Assembly: GCA_964035545.1 (NCBI GenBank)
Contig: CAXIUT010000119.1
Location: 1 to 37,980 of the forward strand
Length of the DNA: 37,980 nt
Direction of reading: 5' to 3'
Source: Bugula neritina
Lineage: Eukaryota; Animalia; Bryozoa
This document shows, in pieces, positions 26,733 to 37,647 of this stretch. How positions within the stretch are numbered: position 1 is the stretch's first letter; every line of letters starts with the position of its first letter. The position numbers and the translations under genes are program-made. The notes under the pieces are model-generated. The model ran no database searches. It saw nothing but the letters and a program-made list of their open reading frames with translations, and was not told the DNA's origin.

Positions 26733-27176
26733 ATGCCTCATGAAAGGATCAGCACATTGGTGAGTGAGTGTCAGGAGTATATTGTATCTGAAATAGATCA
26801 AAGCCAAGAAGACTATTTATTGGAGGCTCGAGTGTTAGATCTTGAAGAAGAGTTGGAACTATCTCTTGAAAGATACTATAGACTGAAAGTGGCCAATCGA
26901 CAGTTAACATAGATGTTGCGTTCTTCATCTCGAATGATGCTTAAAAAGGCAGAAGGGTTTGTAGGATAAGTTGAGCAAATTGTTTGCGAGAAGAGCTATC
27001 AACTTTAGAAGGGTATTTACTACAAGAAAGACCTGATGAGGAATCGAGCAAAGGGAAGATAAACAGAGAAGCAGCTGTTTAATTACTCAACTCATTATTC
27101 TAGTAAAAATACAGATAAAAATGGTTTTGAAGTTTTAAGAGGGAATAAAGAAGGAAAAAGGTTATCTCATATTTGA
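26733..27176 (+). CDS. Hypothetical coiled-coil protein (147 aa)
   Basis: Open frame ATG 26733 to TGA 27174-27176; LEARVLDLEEELE heptad pattern. Confidence 0.65.
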
Positions 27177-27246
27177 TAATTTAGAAGTGACTATAAATAT
27201 TATTAGTATTTAATCGGACATGTTTATTTCTATTTGGTTCAGTCAT

Positions 27247-27339
27247 GGGTTGGGGTTGGGGTTGGGGTTGGGGTTGGGGTTGGGGTTGGGGTTGGGGTTG
27301 GGGTTGGGGTTGGGGTTGGGGTTGGGGTTGGGGTTGGGG
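27247..27339 (+). repeat. Internal telomeric tract (GGGGTT)n, ~93 nt
   Basis: Perfect hexamer array starting at the G of ATG 27245. Confidence 0.96.
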
Positions 27340-27470
27340 ATTTGATGTTAGATATTAATAAAGGAAGTAGTGGGCTATTTGACGATAAAGTGATTTGATG
27401 TTAGATATTAATAAAGGAAGTAGTGGGCTATTTGACGATAAAGTGATTTGATGTTAGATATTAATAAAGG
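27339..27470. repeat. 53-bp perfect tandem repeat, 2.5 copies, abutting the telomeric tract
   Basis: Units start at 27339, 27392 and 27445 (GATTTGATGTTAGATATTAATAAAGGAAGTAGTGGGCTATTTGACGATAAAGT). Confidence 0.92.
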
Positions 27471-27500
27471 TCAAGTTAAATTAGATCAGTTAGGAAGGGA

Positions 27501-29005
27501 ATGCTTTTCAAATAGCAACTGTTAAAATTTTTACAGTAGTCAGCCGAAATACATAAACTCACCTACCAATCAACTCTTCAATCAATTCAGCTTCTCAATA
27601 TTCTCCATCCCTACTACTATCGTTCTTTCAATCGATCTCCTCATCATCATAAATATTGGAAAGCCAAATGCCTGGCCATGGCTATTCTTTCTCTATGTTC
27701 TAAGTTGCATGAAGTTAAGATAGTTAGACTGAAGGAGTTAGCAAAGTTGGTTTGTTTGTGTAGTTTATCATTGGGGGAAGGAGAGACATCTAGTGATCGA
27801 AGTATTCCTTTGGAGGGGGTTGTGGAGTAGATAAAGAGATGGGAATTGCAGGTGATGATTTGGATGCGTTGGAAGTTATCTATTCCTTTGCTTTATGATT
27901 AAGTAGTGGAAATAGCTTTGAAATGGGATAAACACACTGTATTTTTAGCTGATTTTCCTCTTAAGTTTTAGGCTAGTAGTCCTCTTGGTGTCCATGAATC
28001 CAATCACAACTTCATGGCTTCGAATATTTGTGTTTGCATGTATAATTTTAGTTATTTGGTTGAGAAGGTTGAAATTGAGGAGTTGTCTTTCAGGATAAAA
28101 AAATTGGGAGTAGCTCTTTTTATTGTGTTGATTAGTAAATATAAAGTAATATAGGAAAACTAATTCGAGAGAAAGTAAAGTTGAATCAGTACATCCTCTC
28201 ACCCAGAATATCAGTCTATAGAATTATTTAAGATTTTCTTTTTAAAAATTATGCTCTATCTATAGAATCAATATCTCAAGAAATCAAAGAAGTAGAACAA
28301 ACTCTTAACCAGTATAAAAACTACAAAAATAGTTCTAAATAAAAAAAAGATAAAAAATAAATAAAAAAGAAGCCAATGACAAGATCCACCAGAGTATCTG
28401 AATAAAAATAAAATATAGCTTACTATATAAATAGGAACAAAAGTAAAGCGAAAAAATACAATATTACAGAACAAAAAAGTAAAACAGAACTAAAAAATAA
28501 AACATAACTTAAAAGTAGAAGTCTTAGCAAGAAAGATAAAACCGCTAAGGAAAGTATCAATGACATCAGATAGTGCAAAGACTCAAACAATAATGTTTAT
28601 AAGGCTTACAGACATAAAGAGTCTTTAATGAAGCCTATCAAAAACAAAAGTAATAGCACCAAGACTATTTTGTCAAAGAATATTATTATGAAGAAGACAG
28701 AAGGAAAAAAATAAAAAGTTGATTTATAAAAGAAAGAAAAGGGACATCAAAAGAAGAGCAAGAGAGCTGAGAGAAGTGAAGGTGGTAGTAAAATTAGTCA
28801 GTTATAGTAATTTTATTCCAGCAAATCAAATACTCAGTGGTTAAAAAGTCACATTTTAGGGAAAGAGAAGAGTAGCATTTGGGGGAAAGAGAAGAGTAGC
28901 ATTTGGGGGAAAGAGAAGAGTAATATTTTAGGGAAAGAGAAGAGTAGCATTTGGGGGAAAGAGAAGAAATCAAATCGTTCTTCAATTGGTATAAAGATTC
29001 GTTGA
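27501..29005 (+). CDS. Cyclin N-terminal-domain protein with long Lys/Ser-rich tail; 20-nt intron 28135-28154; coding 24-nt repeat (GKEKSSIW) ~28855-28966
   Basis: Cyclin-box-like EQLLKFLQESAEIHKLTYQSTLQSIQLL...LAMAILSLCSKLHE...IKRWELQVMIWMRWKLSIP; true start may lie upstream. Confidence 0.75.
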
Positions 29006-29057
29006 TAGTTGAAAAGTGTTTGAGGTGGTTATTTTAGAAATGATAATAAAATTATAG

Positions 29058-29729
29058 ATGAGTTGTTTGCCTGATGTTTTTTTACAGTCTAGAAGTCAGA
29101 ACTTGGCTCCAAAGAAGATGGGAGGTCCTTTTTCAATTCATTTACGAAGCAATCTCTTTCCTTCTCAAAAAATGTAACCACGAAAATCATCTCGAAAACT
29201 ATTTGCTTCTTCTGATAACAAAAGATACCCTTCTTGGATGGACACTGACCGTTCTTTTCGTCAAACTAAACGAAGCAGTCGTTCTTTTTACCATCGTTAA
29301 AGATAGTCAAAAGAGGTAGTTCTTGAAGAGTGTGTCCCTGGATGTTAGAATATAAATGGGAGGGAAAGAAACCAGACAGAGATGGAATCAGTAGGAAATT
29401 TCAATGCGATTAAGAAAGAAGTCTTTCAGAGCATTCATCTTTGCAATAAAATATTGGAACTTGGAAGTGAAGAACAAATTAAAATAGGAGAAGGATTTAA
29501 AAATATGAAATAAGCTATGCTTGAGGGTTTATAGAGTTTTTAGTAGTCTTTCAAGTAGCAGATAGCTGTATTAGGATATAGTTTCAGGGAATAAAAAAGG
29601 AAGTTTGGACTTGAGTGGAAAGCTATTAACCGTCAGTTGACTTATTTGGACTAGTAGATGAAAATTACTGAGCAAATAGTTTTGGAGTAAAGATCTAAAT
29701 TTGATAGAGTGACTCATTTATTTCTCTGA
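29058..29729 (+). CDS. Hypothetical protein with C-terminal coiled coil (223 aa)
   Basis: Open frame ATG 29058 to TGA 29727-29729 under code 30. Confidence 0.68.
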
Positions 29730-29745
29730 TATATTATTTATACTA

Positions 29746-31566
29746 ATGATTATGATCCCGATGGTCTGGTTGTTTCTACAGCTGAGGGGTTGGGGTTGGG
29801 GTTGGGGTTGGGGTTGGGGTTGGGGTTGGGGTTGGGGTTGGGGTTGGGGTTGGGCAGTGGATACTGGATCTTCAAATTCAGGTTAGATATTGAGTTTGGT
29901 TGATCTTAATGCAGATCAATAGTATTTTTTGAAATAGATAGTACTGATTACTTGTCGACTAAGAACAGGAGTGGTAGTAGTATTTCAATATGCTACTGGA
30001 ATGACTAAAAATCATATTTTTAGTAGCAATAAGTAACACTTTAGAATGAGAATTCAAATAATTTGTAGGAGGTGATGGCATGTATTTTAGTATTAACTTA
30101 GGCGATATAAATGCTGATGGACTTTATGAACTTTTAGTAATTTATAGTAATAATAATACTTATACTGGACAGATCTATGGAGTAAATTGTGAAGGATTCA
30201 ATTGTAAAGTGGAAATGTGGAATATTGATAGAAATCTAATGACTGAAATGGATCACATGCCTTTCATTTTTGATCGTTTTAGCAATGGATCTGTCCATAT
30301 CTTCACTTTCAAAAATGGATAAAGAACTATCTTAACTGCATATGCCAATCAGCAAACTATGTATTTTGTGTTTGATAAAGATATCAATAGTCTTGGAGTA
30401 GTATTCTATCTAACTCTCCTTCTTCTTTTGGAACGATAGACAAACACTTCGCTTCTATGATAGATATCAACAGTGATTGCTTTTCTGACCTTGTGCTAGT
30501 ATCTTCAAATGGTCTAGAATTTTATACCAAAGAACACCATAATAAATATACCTATGATAAGTTGTAGTTGAATAAAAATATTTCCTATTTGACTTTTGCT
30601 GATTTGGATGGGAATGGAGCCACAGATATTTTTATTGTTGCTTATGAAGGTAATGAGTACGTAGCTTATGTTGTAGCAAATAATTATGTCCCTTCAGAAA
30701 TTTGTTAAAGAAACAGTCATAATCCTTATAAGGTGTAGAATATGAGAAAACTGAAGATTCCTTCTGAATATTCGATTGTAGATATAAGCAATATAAAAAT
30801 AGCCGATTTTAATTTTGATGGATATCCTGATCTTTTAGGAATATTTTTGATCGACTCCTACCGAAAGGTTTCTATCCTTCAAAACAAACTCTCTTTTAAC
30901 TTCTAAGTCTTTGATACTAACTTGGATGCCATCCAACAAATCAATGATCCTGTTCAAACTGTCCTCTATGACTTCACTGAAAGTGGTAAACTAAGTGTAC
31001 TTATAATTAGTAGAGCAACTAAAGAAGATGGCTCCATTGGTTATCCAAGATACTCTATCATTAATAACCTGATTGAAGATACTCTTTTTATTAAAATTTT
31101 ACCTTTGCTGCCTTCTTCTTCTTAGGATTTCTAGAGCTCAGCTTTGGTAAATTCTATTGGGGTAACAATTCAGTGGAGGATAACTAATCTTGATGGAGAT
31201 AAAACTATTAGTGTATTGAATCAGAAGAGTCAGTGGAATTATGGTAGTTTACAGCTTCCTTTCTCAACTCACGGTCTAGGTAGGACGAATAACTATATAT
31301 AAGATTTAACGATAGGGTATCCTGGTTTTGGTTTAAAGAATGATTGGACTCCTGTGATTCCGAACAGCCAGTTGATTTTGTTGGGAAAGAAGGAAAAAGA
31401 TTGGGTGTTGTAGACTTTGTTGAAAGACAATTCCAGAGTCTATTATATGATATACGTAAGTATAATATGTTTGTTTGGAATGGGAGTCCTCATCTTGTTC
31501 TTGAATTGGAAATAAACTCAGGAAGATAAAAGAGATCACTATAATTTCATCCAAATGATCAGATGA
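29746..31566 (+). CDS. ITFG1: T-cell immunomodulatory protein / ITFG1 (LINKIN) homolog with FG-GAP repeats; 20-nt introns 29922-29941, 30082-30101, 30361-30380
   Basis: Motifs DLNADQYTD, GDINADGLYEL, DINSDCFSDL, ADLDGNGATD, ADFNFDGYPDL, LQLPFSTHGLGRTNNYIEDL, WTPVIPNSQL; C-terminal TM. Confidence 0.9.
29786..29854 (+). repeat. Internal telomeric tract (GGGGTT)n, ~69 nt, inside the ITFG1 CDS
   Basis: Perfect hexamer array read in frame as (GGT TGG)11. Confidence 0.96.
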
Positions 31567-31581
31567 TAACTATCAGTCATT

Positions 31582-31672
31582 ATCATCCTTATCAATCTAC
31601 CCTATCATCCTTATCAATCTACCCTATCATCCTTATCAATCTACCCTATCATCCTTATCAATCTATCCTATC
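31582..31672. repeat. 22-bp minisatellite (ATCATCCTTATCAATCTACCCT) x4
   Basis: Direct reading; begins ~15 nt after TGA 31566. Confidence 0.9.
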
Positions 31673-31760
31673 AAAACAGACTTTATATTACGATCATAAT
31701 CTTATTATCTTTTATCAATTAAATAAATAGTTTATTATTTAAAGTTGATTAATACCCTCT

Positions 31761-33185
31761 ATGATATCCTTCAAATATTTGGTCTTCAACCTTTTGACTC
31801 TCTTATCGATTTAATCGTCTTCTGAAGTTCATAAAGTTATCATTATTGGGGCAGGAGCCGCTGGAATAGCTTGTTCAAAGATTCTGTCTTAACAATCTAT
31901 TCCTCACTTAATACTCTAGAGCAGAGATAGAATTGGAGGAAGAATAAGTTCAAGGGTTTTAGATGGGATATAAGTTGACCTTGGAGCTACTTTTGTGCAT
32001 AATCCAGGTTTAGATAATTCAATTGACAAGATGGTCGGGGAAATGAGGTGGGGTAAAAAAGATAGTAAGATGGATCTTTAAGAGTACTTTTAACATTTTT
32101 AACACTTGAACAATGATTAAAGGAATATTGTAACTCATCTTTACAAATAGTTTTAGCAGACATTTGTGGATGGATATCTGTAAACTATCAACAAAAATAC
32201 AGACCTTCAGACTTGCTGGAATATCTTCTACAATCACAAAAAAAACTATCATGGAAAGTTATTGGATAGAGTCTATTTTGAACTACAAGTTTAAGGATTA
32301 CTCAATGGAGCTGACCTTTCATAACTTTCTGCTAAGTAGTATTCAAGAAATATAGAAAACGATGCTAAGGATTATATCCCTTAGGGAGGATATTCTCAAC
32401 TTTTAAATACTATTTTTACTCGATACTGCCATAAAGCTACTCTTATTCTTAATCACTATGTTTAAATCATCGACTACTCTGCAACAGTTGTTTCATTAAC
32501 TACCTCTGATGGTAAAAAATACCAAACAGAAAAAGTCCTTTGCACCATACCCATGGGAGTTCTTAAAGCAGATCAGATAGAATTTTTACCATAGCTACCT
32601 ACTAACTATCAGGAGTCAATCAATAAGATTGGAGTAGGCACGATGAATAAGATAATAGTAACTCTTACTGACTATTTTTGGACGAAAGGGGTCAAAGTTC
32701 TAGATTTTATTCCCAGGGTTTAGGGCCATAACAAGTTCATATAGTCTTATGTAATATCAGATGAATATCCTTCAATGCTAATGTTTTTTACAGGAGGTTC
32801 AAATAGTAGATTTCTAAGTCAGAAATCTGATTAATATATAGTTAAAGATCTCGAATAAACTGTGAAAAGATATTTGAATGAGTCTGATAAGAATTGGACG
32901 ATTAAAAACTATACAATCACAAGGTGGGAAATAGATCCAGATGCTTTTGGTTCCTACACATACTACGGAGTCGAGTCTAGGATCAAACACTTCAAACAAT
33001 TTTAAGAACCTTTAGATGAAAAGGTATATTTTGCTGGAGAACATGTACATACAAAACAAAATTCAAATGTTCATGGAGCTTTCCAGTCAGGTTTAACTGC
33101 TGGTTCTAAAATATCTCATTCTCTTTTCGAAAGATACTGTCAGGTAGTATTGGGAACTATCTCTATAATTGCACTTATTTTATGA
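31761..33185 (+). CDS. Flavin-containing amine oxidase (polyamine oxidase/LSD1-like family, 474 aa)
   Basis: Motifs VIIIGAGAAG, ILESRDRIGGR, DLGATFVH, LCTIPMGVLK, RWEIDPDAFGSY, YFAGEH, VHGAFQSG; hydrophobic N- and C-termini. Confidence 0.93.
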
Positions 33186-33294
33186 TTGCATATTTCAATA
33201 TTTTTTATAGAATGATATGACTATTTTTAAAAATGAAAGGTCATCTATATTGAAAGTTGATTTAAAAAGAAAGTTTTGATATTTTGATTGATAA

Positions 33295-34916
33295 ATGAAA
33301 AAATAGGAGAGTATTCGCAACCCGATCTTAGTTACAGCTACTCACTAACGTTCAAGCGAGCATGAAGTCTCCAATCTTATCTCTCACCTCAAAAGAGCTC
33401 CAATCATTATTAAAAAACAGTTTATTCCTTACCTAGCTGAACTAAAAAAAGAAACACCCAATAATTAAAAGCTCAACCAATTTCTTTAAGAAAATACTCT
33501 TTCTTAGTCATTCCAACCAATAAATTCTTATGGTCCTCTTGTTCATAACTTTACGACTCTTTTACAGCCTAAACAACTACTAAAGCACTTGGACCAAATA
33601 GGAGATCGTTTTTAGTTGTAAAATAGAAAAAATCAACTCAAAAAAAGCACTTTATAAGAAGAGAGTGAGCAAACAGACAAGATAGATATGATATATCCTG
33701 ATTACGACATTTATTTTAAGATGTCTAAACAATAAAAACTTCATTTAAGCCACTCTAAAGTAAAGGTGAAAGACTTCTTTGTTGAGCCCAGGTTTTTAGT
33801 GAGAATTTAATAATTTCAGCATTTTAGAAACAATGATAAACACAAAGGTAATATTGTGAATATTCAATATCAAGGAAGCAATATTTCTTATGGAAAAGTC
33901 TTTTTGGTTGTCCATTAAAAAGCTTTAGAACTATGGGCTGAGTAAAGTCATAACTATCCTATTCCCACTTTGAACATCTTGACAGAGGAAGAAGTACAAA
34001 AAAAGAAAGAAATCTAATAAAAAAAATAAAAATAAAAAGAAGAGAGTTTAAAGTTTTAGTTTCAATATAAGTTATTAGGTCACTCATAAAAAATAACTTC
34101 AGTATCTCTTTCACAAGATGAGTATTACGCTATTACTGGAAGTGTTGATAAAACTATTAGACTGTGGTGTTTAAGACTAAAAATTTGCATTGCTGTTTAT
34201 CAAGGACACACTAAAACTATCTGGGATGTGAGTTTTTCGAGTTCAGGATATTATTTTCTGAGTGGAAGCTCAGATGGAGTGATGATTCTTTGGAAAACAG
34301 ATTAGCCACATGCTCAGAGAGCTTACTATCATGAAGGAGATATTTATAAAGTTAGTTTTGGTAAAGATCCTTCCTTTGTTATTTCTGCAGGATAAAATTC
34401 TATTATTAAAATCTGGGGAACTCTAGATGCAGTTCTTTTAAGGGTAATATTTTGTTGATTTAGAGAATAAAGTTGAATGAGCCAATAATAAACTTTAGCT
34501 TAGGCTTTTCAGGAGCCTACATGATTACCATTGAAATGGATGGAAGGGTTTCTATTTTGAACCTTTTAAATGGAATAATAGTAAATTCTTTTTATTTTTA
34601 TTAACCTCAGAGTAGACATCGTAGTGATAATGAGTCTTTAAAAAACATAATGAAAATTCACGATGTTACATTGTCTTAAGATGAAAGGTAGCTCACTTGT
34701 GTCTGTAATCATTATGTTTTAATATACAGCATGGACAAACTTTAAAAGAAAATAACTAACAATATATTTACATTTTACAAAAACAATATTGAAGCAAGCA
34801 ATGTGATAGTGATCGACCCAAAAGAAATCCTCTACCTTGGAGCATAAAATAACCTTACACATTGTTCCTATCAAAGCAAAAATGTTCTTGTAGTCGCAGG
34901 AACTTTAAAAAATTGA
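33295..34916 (+). CDS. WD40 repeat protein, TAF5/TAF5L-like; 20-nt intron 34444-34463
   Basis: Reads LLGHSEKITSVSLS...TGSVDKTIRLWCL...AVYQGHTKTIWDVSFSSSGYYFLSGSSD, resembling TAF5 WD repeats. Confidence 0.8.
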
Positions 34917-34963
34917 TAATTGTGTTAAATATTATCATCCAAAAGTTTATTTATATTTTATTT

Positions 34964-35134
34964 GAGATACTACATTACATTGTTAAGCATAATATTAATC
35001 ATGAGTGTTTAAGGCAATGAGAGATATTACATTACATTTTTAAGCATAATATTAATCATGAGTGTTTAAGTCAATGAGAGATATTACATTACATTGTTAA
35101 GCATAATATTAATCATGAGTGTTTAAGTCAATGA
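34964..35134. repeat. 57-bp tandem repeat x3, each copy containing an in-frame ATG of the next gene
   Basis: Units start at 34964, 35021 and 35078; few substitutions between copies. Confidence 0.92.
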
Positions 35135-37580
35135 GGAGGAGAGTATGTTTTTTGGGTCTGTGATAGACATAACTTTAATAGTAACTGCTGTCGTTTCTTC
35201 TCTAAGTACACTCTATTTGATTTAGTTTCTTTGACTATTCCTTTTCTCTATTACATGAAAAAAGAATGCAGATAGCATCCAACTGTTTTGATAGCTAATA
35301 TTTCTCTACTCTAAGCAACAGCTAATTTTAATGTTATTCTTATGGCTTATAACATGTATGATTTTTAACACTGGCTCGACATAAAAACTGTCTTTCATTT
35401 CCTTACCTTTAATCTTGACATACTACCGACTTACGATGACTTCTGCTTATCTAATTATTGTATTTATATGTTTTTTTAACTCGTATCAATAAGTTTTCAT
35501 ATCTGTTATTCAATTGATCTCTTCATCACTTTAAAGTATCCTTTTTACTCAGGAAAAAAAAGAAGAAAAATATACTACCTCTTCTCAATCATTTTCCCTA
35601 TTATCACAATTGCTAACTCTATTCAATAGGCTTAAAGTAAATTTTAATTAAAATAGATATCTGTAATACTCTTTAAAAATAGTCTGTTTATTATATTCCG
35701 TATTTTATTTATTTATTTAGACTTTGGTTTTTGATTACTTTAATGATTTTTGCTGCTGTTTCGATAGTAATTATCGTTGTAAGTTTTTTTGCAAAAAAAA
35801 GTCAATCATAAATAAGAAAATCATATATAAAGCAGCATCGAATGACCCTTATGATACTTGTTTTATTGTGGATATGTCCTATCTGGGCAAATATTAAAAT
35901 CCATCTTTTTTAAGAAGATAATTCTCAGTTTTAAGTGATTAATACAATGGCATTTTTTACAATCGTGAGTTCAAGTGGAGTTATTGTAATTGTGAGAATT
36001 ATATTCGATTCTTATCTCAGAAAAAGAGTATGTTTTTAGTAGTATAGATATTGGCTATCTTTAAATCTGAACAGTCTAAAAGATCAATAGGTATTTCTAG
36101 CAGCTAGAGTTATATTGAATTAAGCAAAAAAGGAAGTGTGAATGAGTAAATCTGGAATTTACCTCTTTCTGGAGCAATGAACTAATTTCAGAGCCAAGAA
36201 GTAGTGCATAATATAATTCAAGTGGTGTGTTAGGCTTGTTCTCATAGAAGGTAAGGAGACAGACAAAGTATTTTTAGAAATTCAACCACAACAGAAAATA
36301 TACTTTACTAATCTATTTATAGGAATACAGTGCATATTGAAAGAGAGTCCTAAACTATAGATTAAAGCTTTTTAGATTTACTTCTTCATGAACGAAGATA
36401 ATAAAAAATATTGGGGAAAGATCCTATAGAATGTGACCTTAATTAACTTAAATAGCTTTGTAAAAGAAATAAAAAATTTAATATGATCTGTACTTGTCAT
36501 TCTAAAACCTATAACGATGAAACGATGAGATTAAAACAAAAAACGGTCAAAATAAAAAGCAGTACTTTAAAAATGAGCGAAGTAGAAGATTTCTAAGAAA
36601 TAAGTACTCTAGATATCAAAGTTTGTTCATACTCTCATAGAATATTTTAAAGTCTTAGAACAGAGAATGCATTTAATTAAGAACAAATATAAAAATCTTT
36701 AGATCTTTAAAAAAATATAATACAAATAAAGAAAGCTAAGTAGTCTTTGGGAGCTAGTGGAAGTTTTTTCTTTTTTAGTTTTGACAATATTTTAGTAATA
36801 AAGACAATTTCTTAAGAAGAGAAAGATAAAATGATAGAAATTCTTCCTAAGTATTACTAGCATTTAAAATATAACCAAAAGAGTTTATTAGCAAAAGTAT
36901 TAGGATTATTTTCAGTTGAGATATCTTAAATATCAAAGATATATTTTTTGATGATGTAAAATACACTAAAATATTTTAAAAATAATCATGTTGACTTTAA
37001 CTGTTATGATTTGAAAGGTTCTACAATCCAAAGATAAGTAAAAGATTCCAATGCTGCAATATTTAAAGATATAAATTACTATAGATCATCTGATTGTTTC
37101 ATTTATATGACAAAGTAAAATAAGATCAGGTTTATAGATATTATATCGAAAGATCTATAGATGTTAAAACAATTCAATATTATGGACTATTCTCTTTTAT
37201 TAGCTGTTGGAAAGTCTAAATCAAAAAAAAAATCAAAAAATCATTTAGATCTATCAAAAATTAAATTCATCTAAAATTACAAATATATTCAATAACTCTA
37301 AACTATTACCAAAAAATTATATTGTGTAGGAGTTATTGATTTCCTTCAAGAATTTAATATCTCGAAAAAATTAGAACTTTGGCTTAAAAAAATATTCAAA
37401 GGAGGAGGAGATATTTCAAGTGTTGGAACATAAATATATTTCCAAAGATTCATTTATTTTATTAAAAGAATTATTGTTACCTTTAATATTCCTTCAGTCA
37501 AAAAGACTTCGTTGACCTCTTCTGTCAAATCGATCAAAAATTAATAAAAATAAATATATAGCAATAATAAAAGCAAATGA
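35115..37580 (+). CDS. GPCR-like 7TM domain fused to a phosphatidylinositol-phosphate kinase (GPCR-PIPK); tiny introns incl. 35206-35225, 35637-35656, 35700-35720, 36028-36047
   Basis: N-half has TM helices with REHP and ICYSIDLFITLKYPF. C-half has GASGSFFFFSFD, IKTISEEE, SLLAKVLGLF, YDLKGS, IMDYSLLL, GVIDFLQEF, KKLE. Start could be 35001, 35058, 35115 or 35145. Confidence 0.88.
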
Positions 37581-37647
37581 TCTCACAATCATAATATCAT
37601 TATTTAAAATAAATAAAAAAAGTATAAATATTAAATTAAAAAATAAA

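Noticed and set aside
29788-29853. (GW)n as an Argonaute-binding hook
   Set aside because: It is a direct consequence of translating GGTTGG and lies in the leader of a secretory-pathway membrane protein.
14065-29854. End-to-end chromosome fusions, or a telomere-bearing transposon
   Set aside because: There is no inverted GGGGTT/AACCCC junction, no inward-facing tract pair and no transposase; the flanks at 29786 continue one gene.
13111-31672. CRISPR-like arrays (20-30 bp repeats)
   Set aside because: The repeats are head-to-tail with no unique spacers, there are no cas genes, and the context is eukaryotic.
236-37580. Standard ciliate code 6 (TAR=Gln), or a split code with TAA=Lys and TAG=Glu
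   Set aside because: TAA occupies conserved acidic positions (SEM1 FEEF, PED, AEI), as does TAG. Conserved Gln sites such as QQHDAQ use CAA/CAG.
236-37580. Widespread pseudogenes suggested by the fragmented ORF track
   Set aside because: The breaks are reassigned TAA/TAG codons and tiny introns; frames are intact under table 30.
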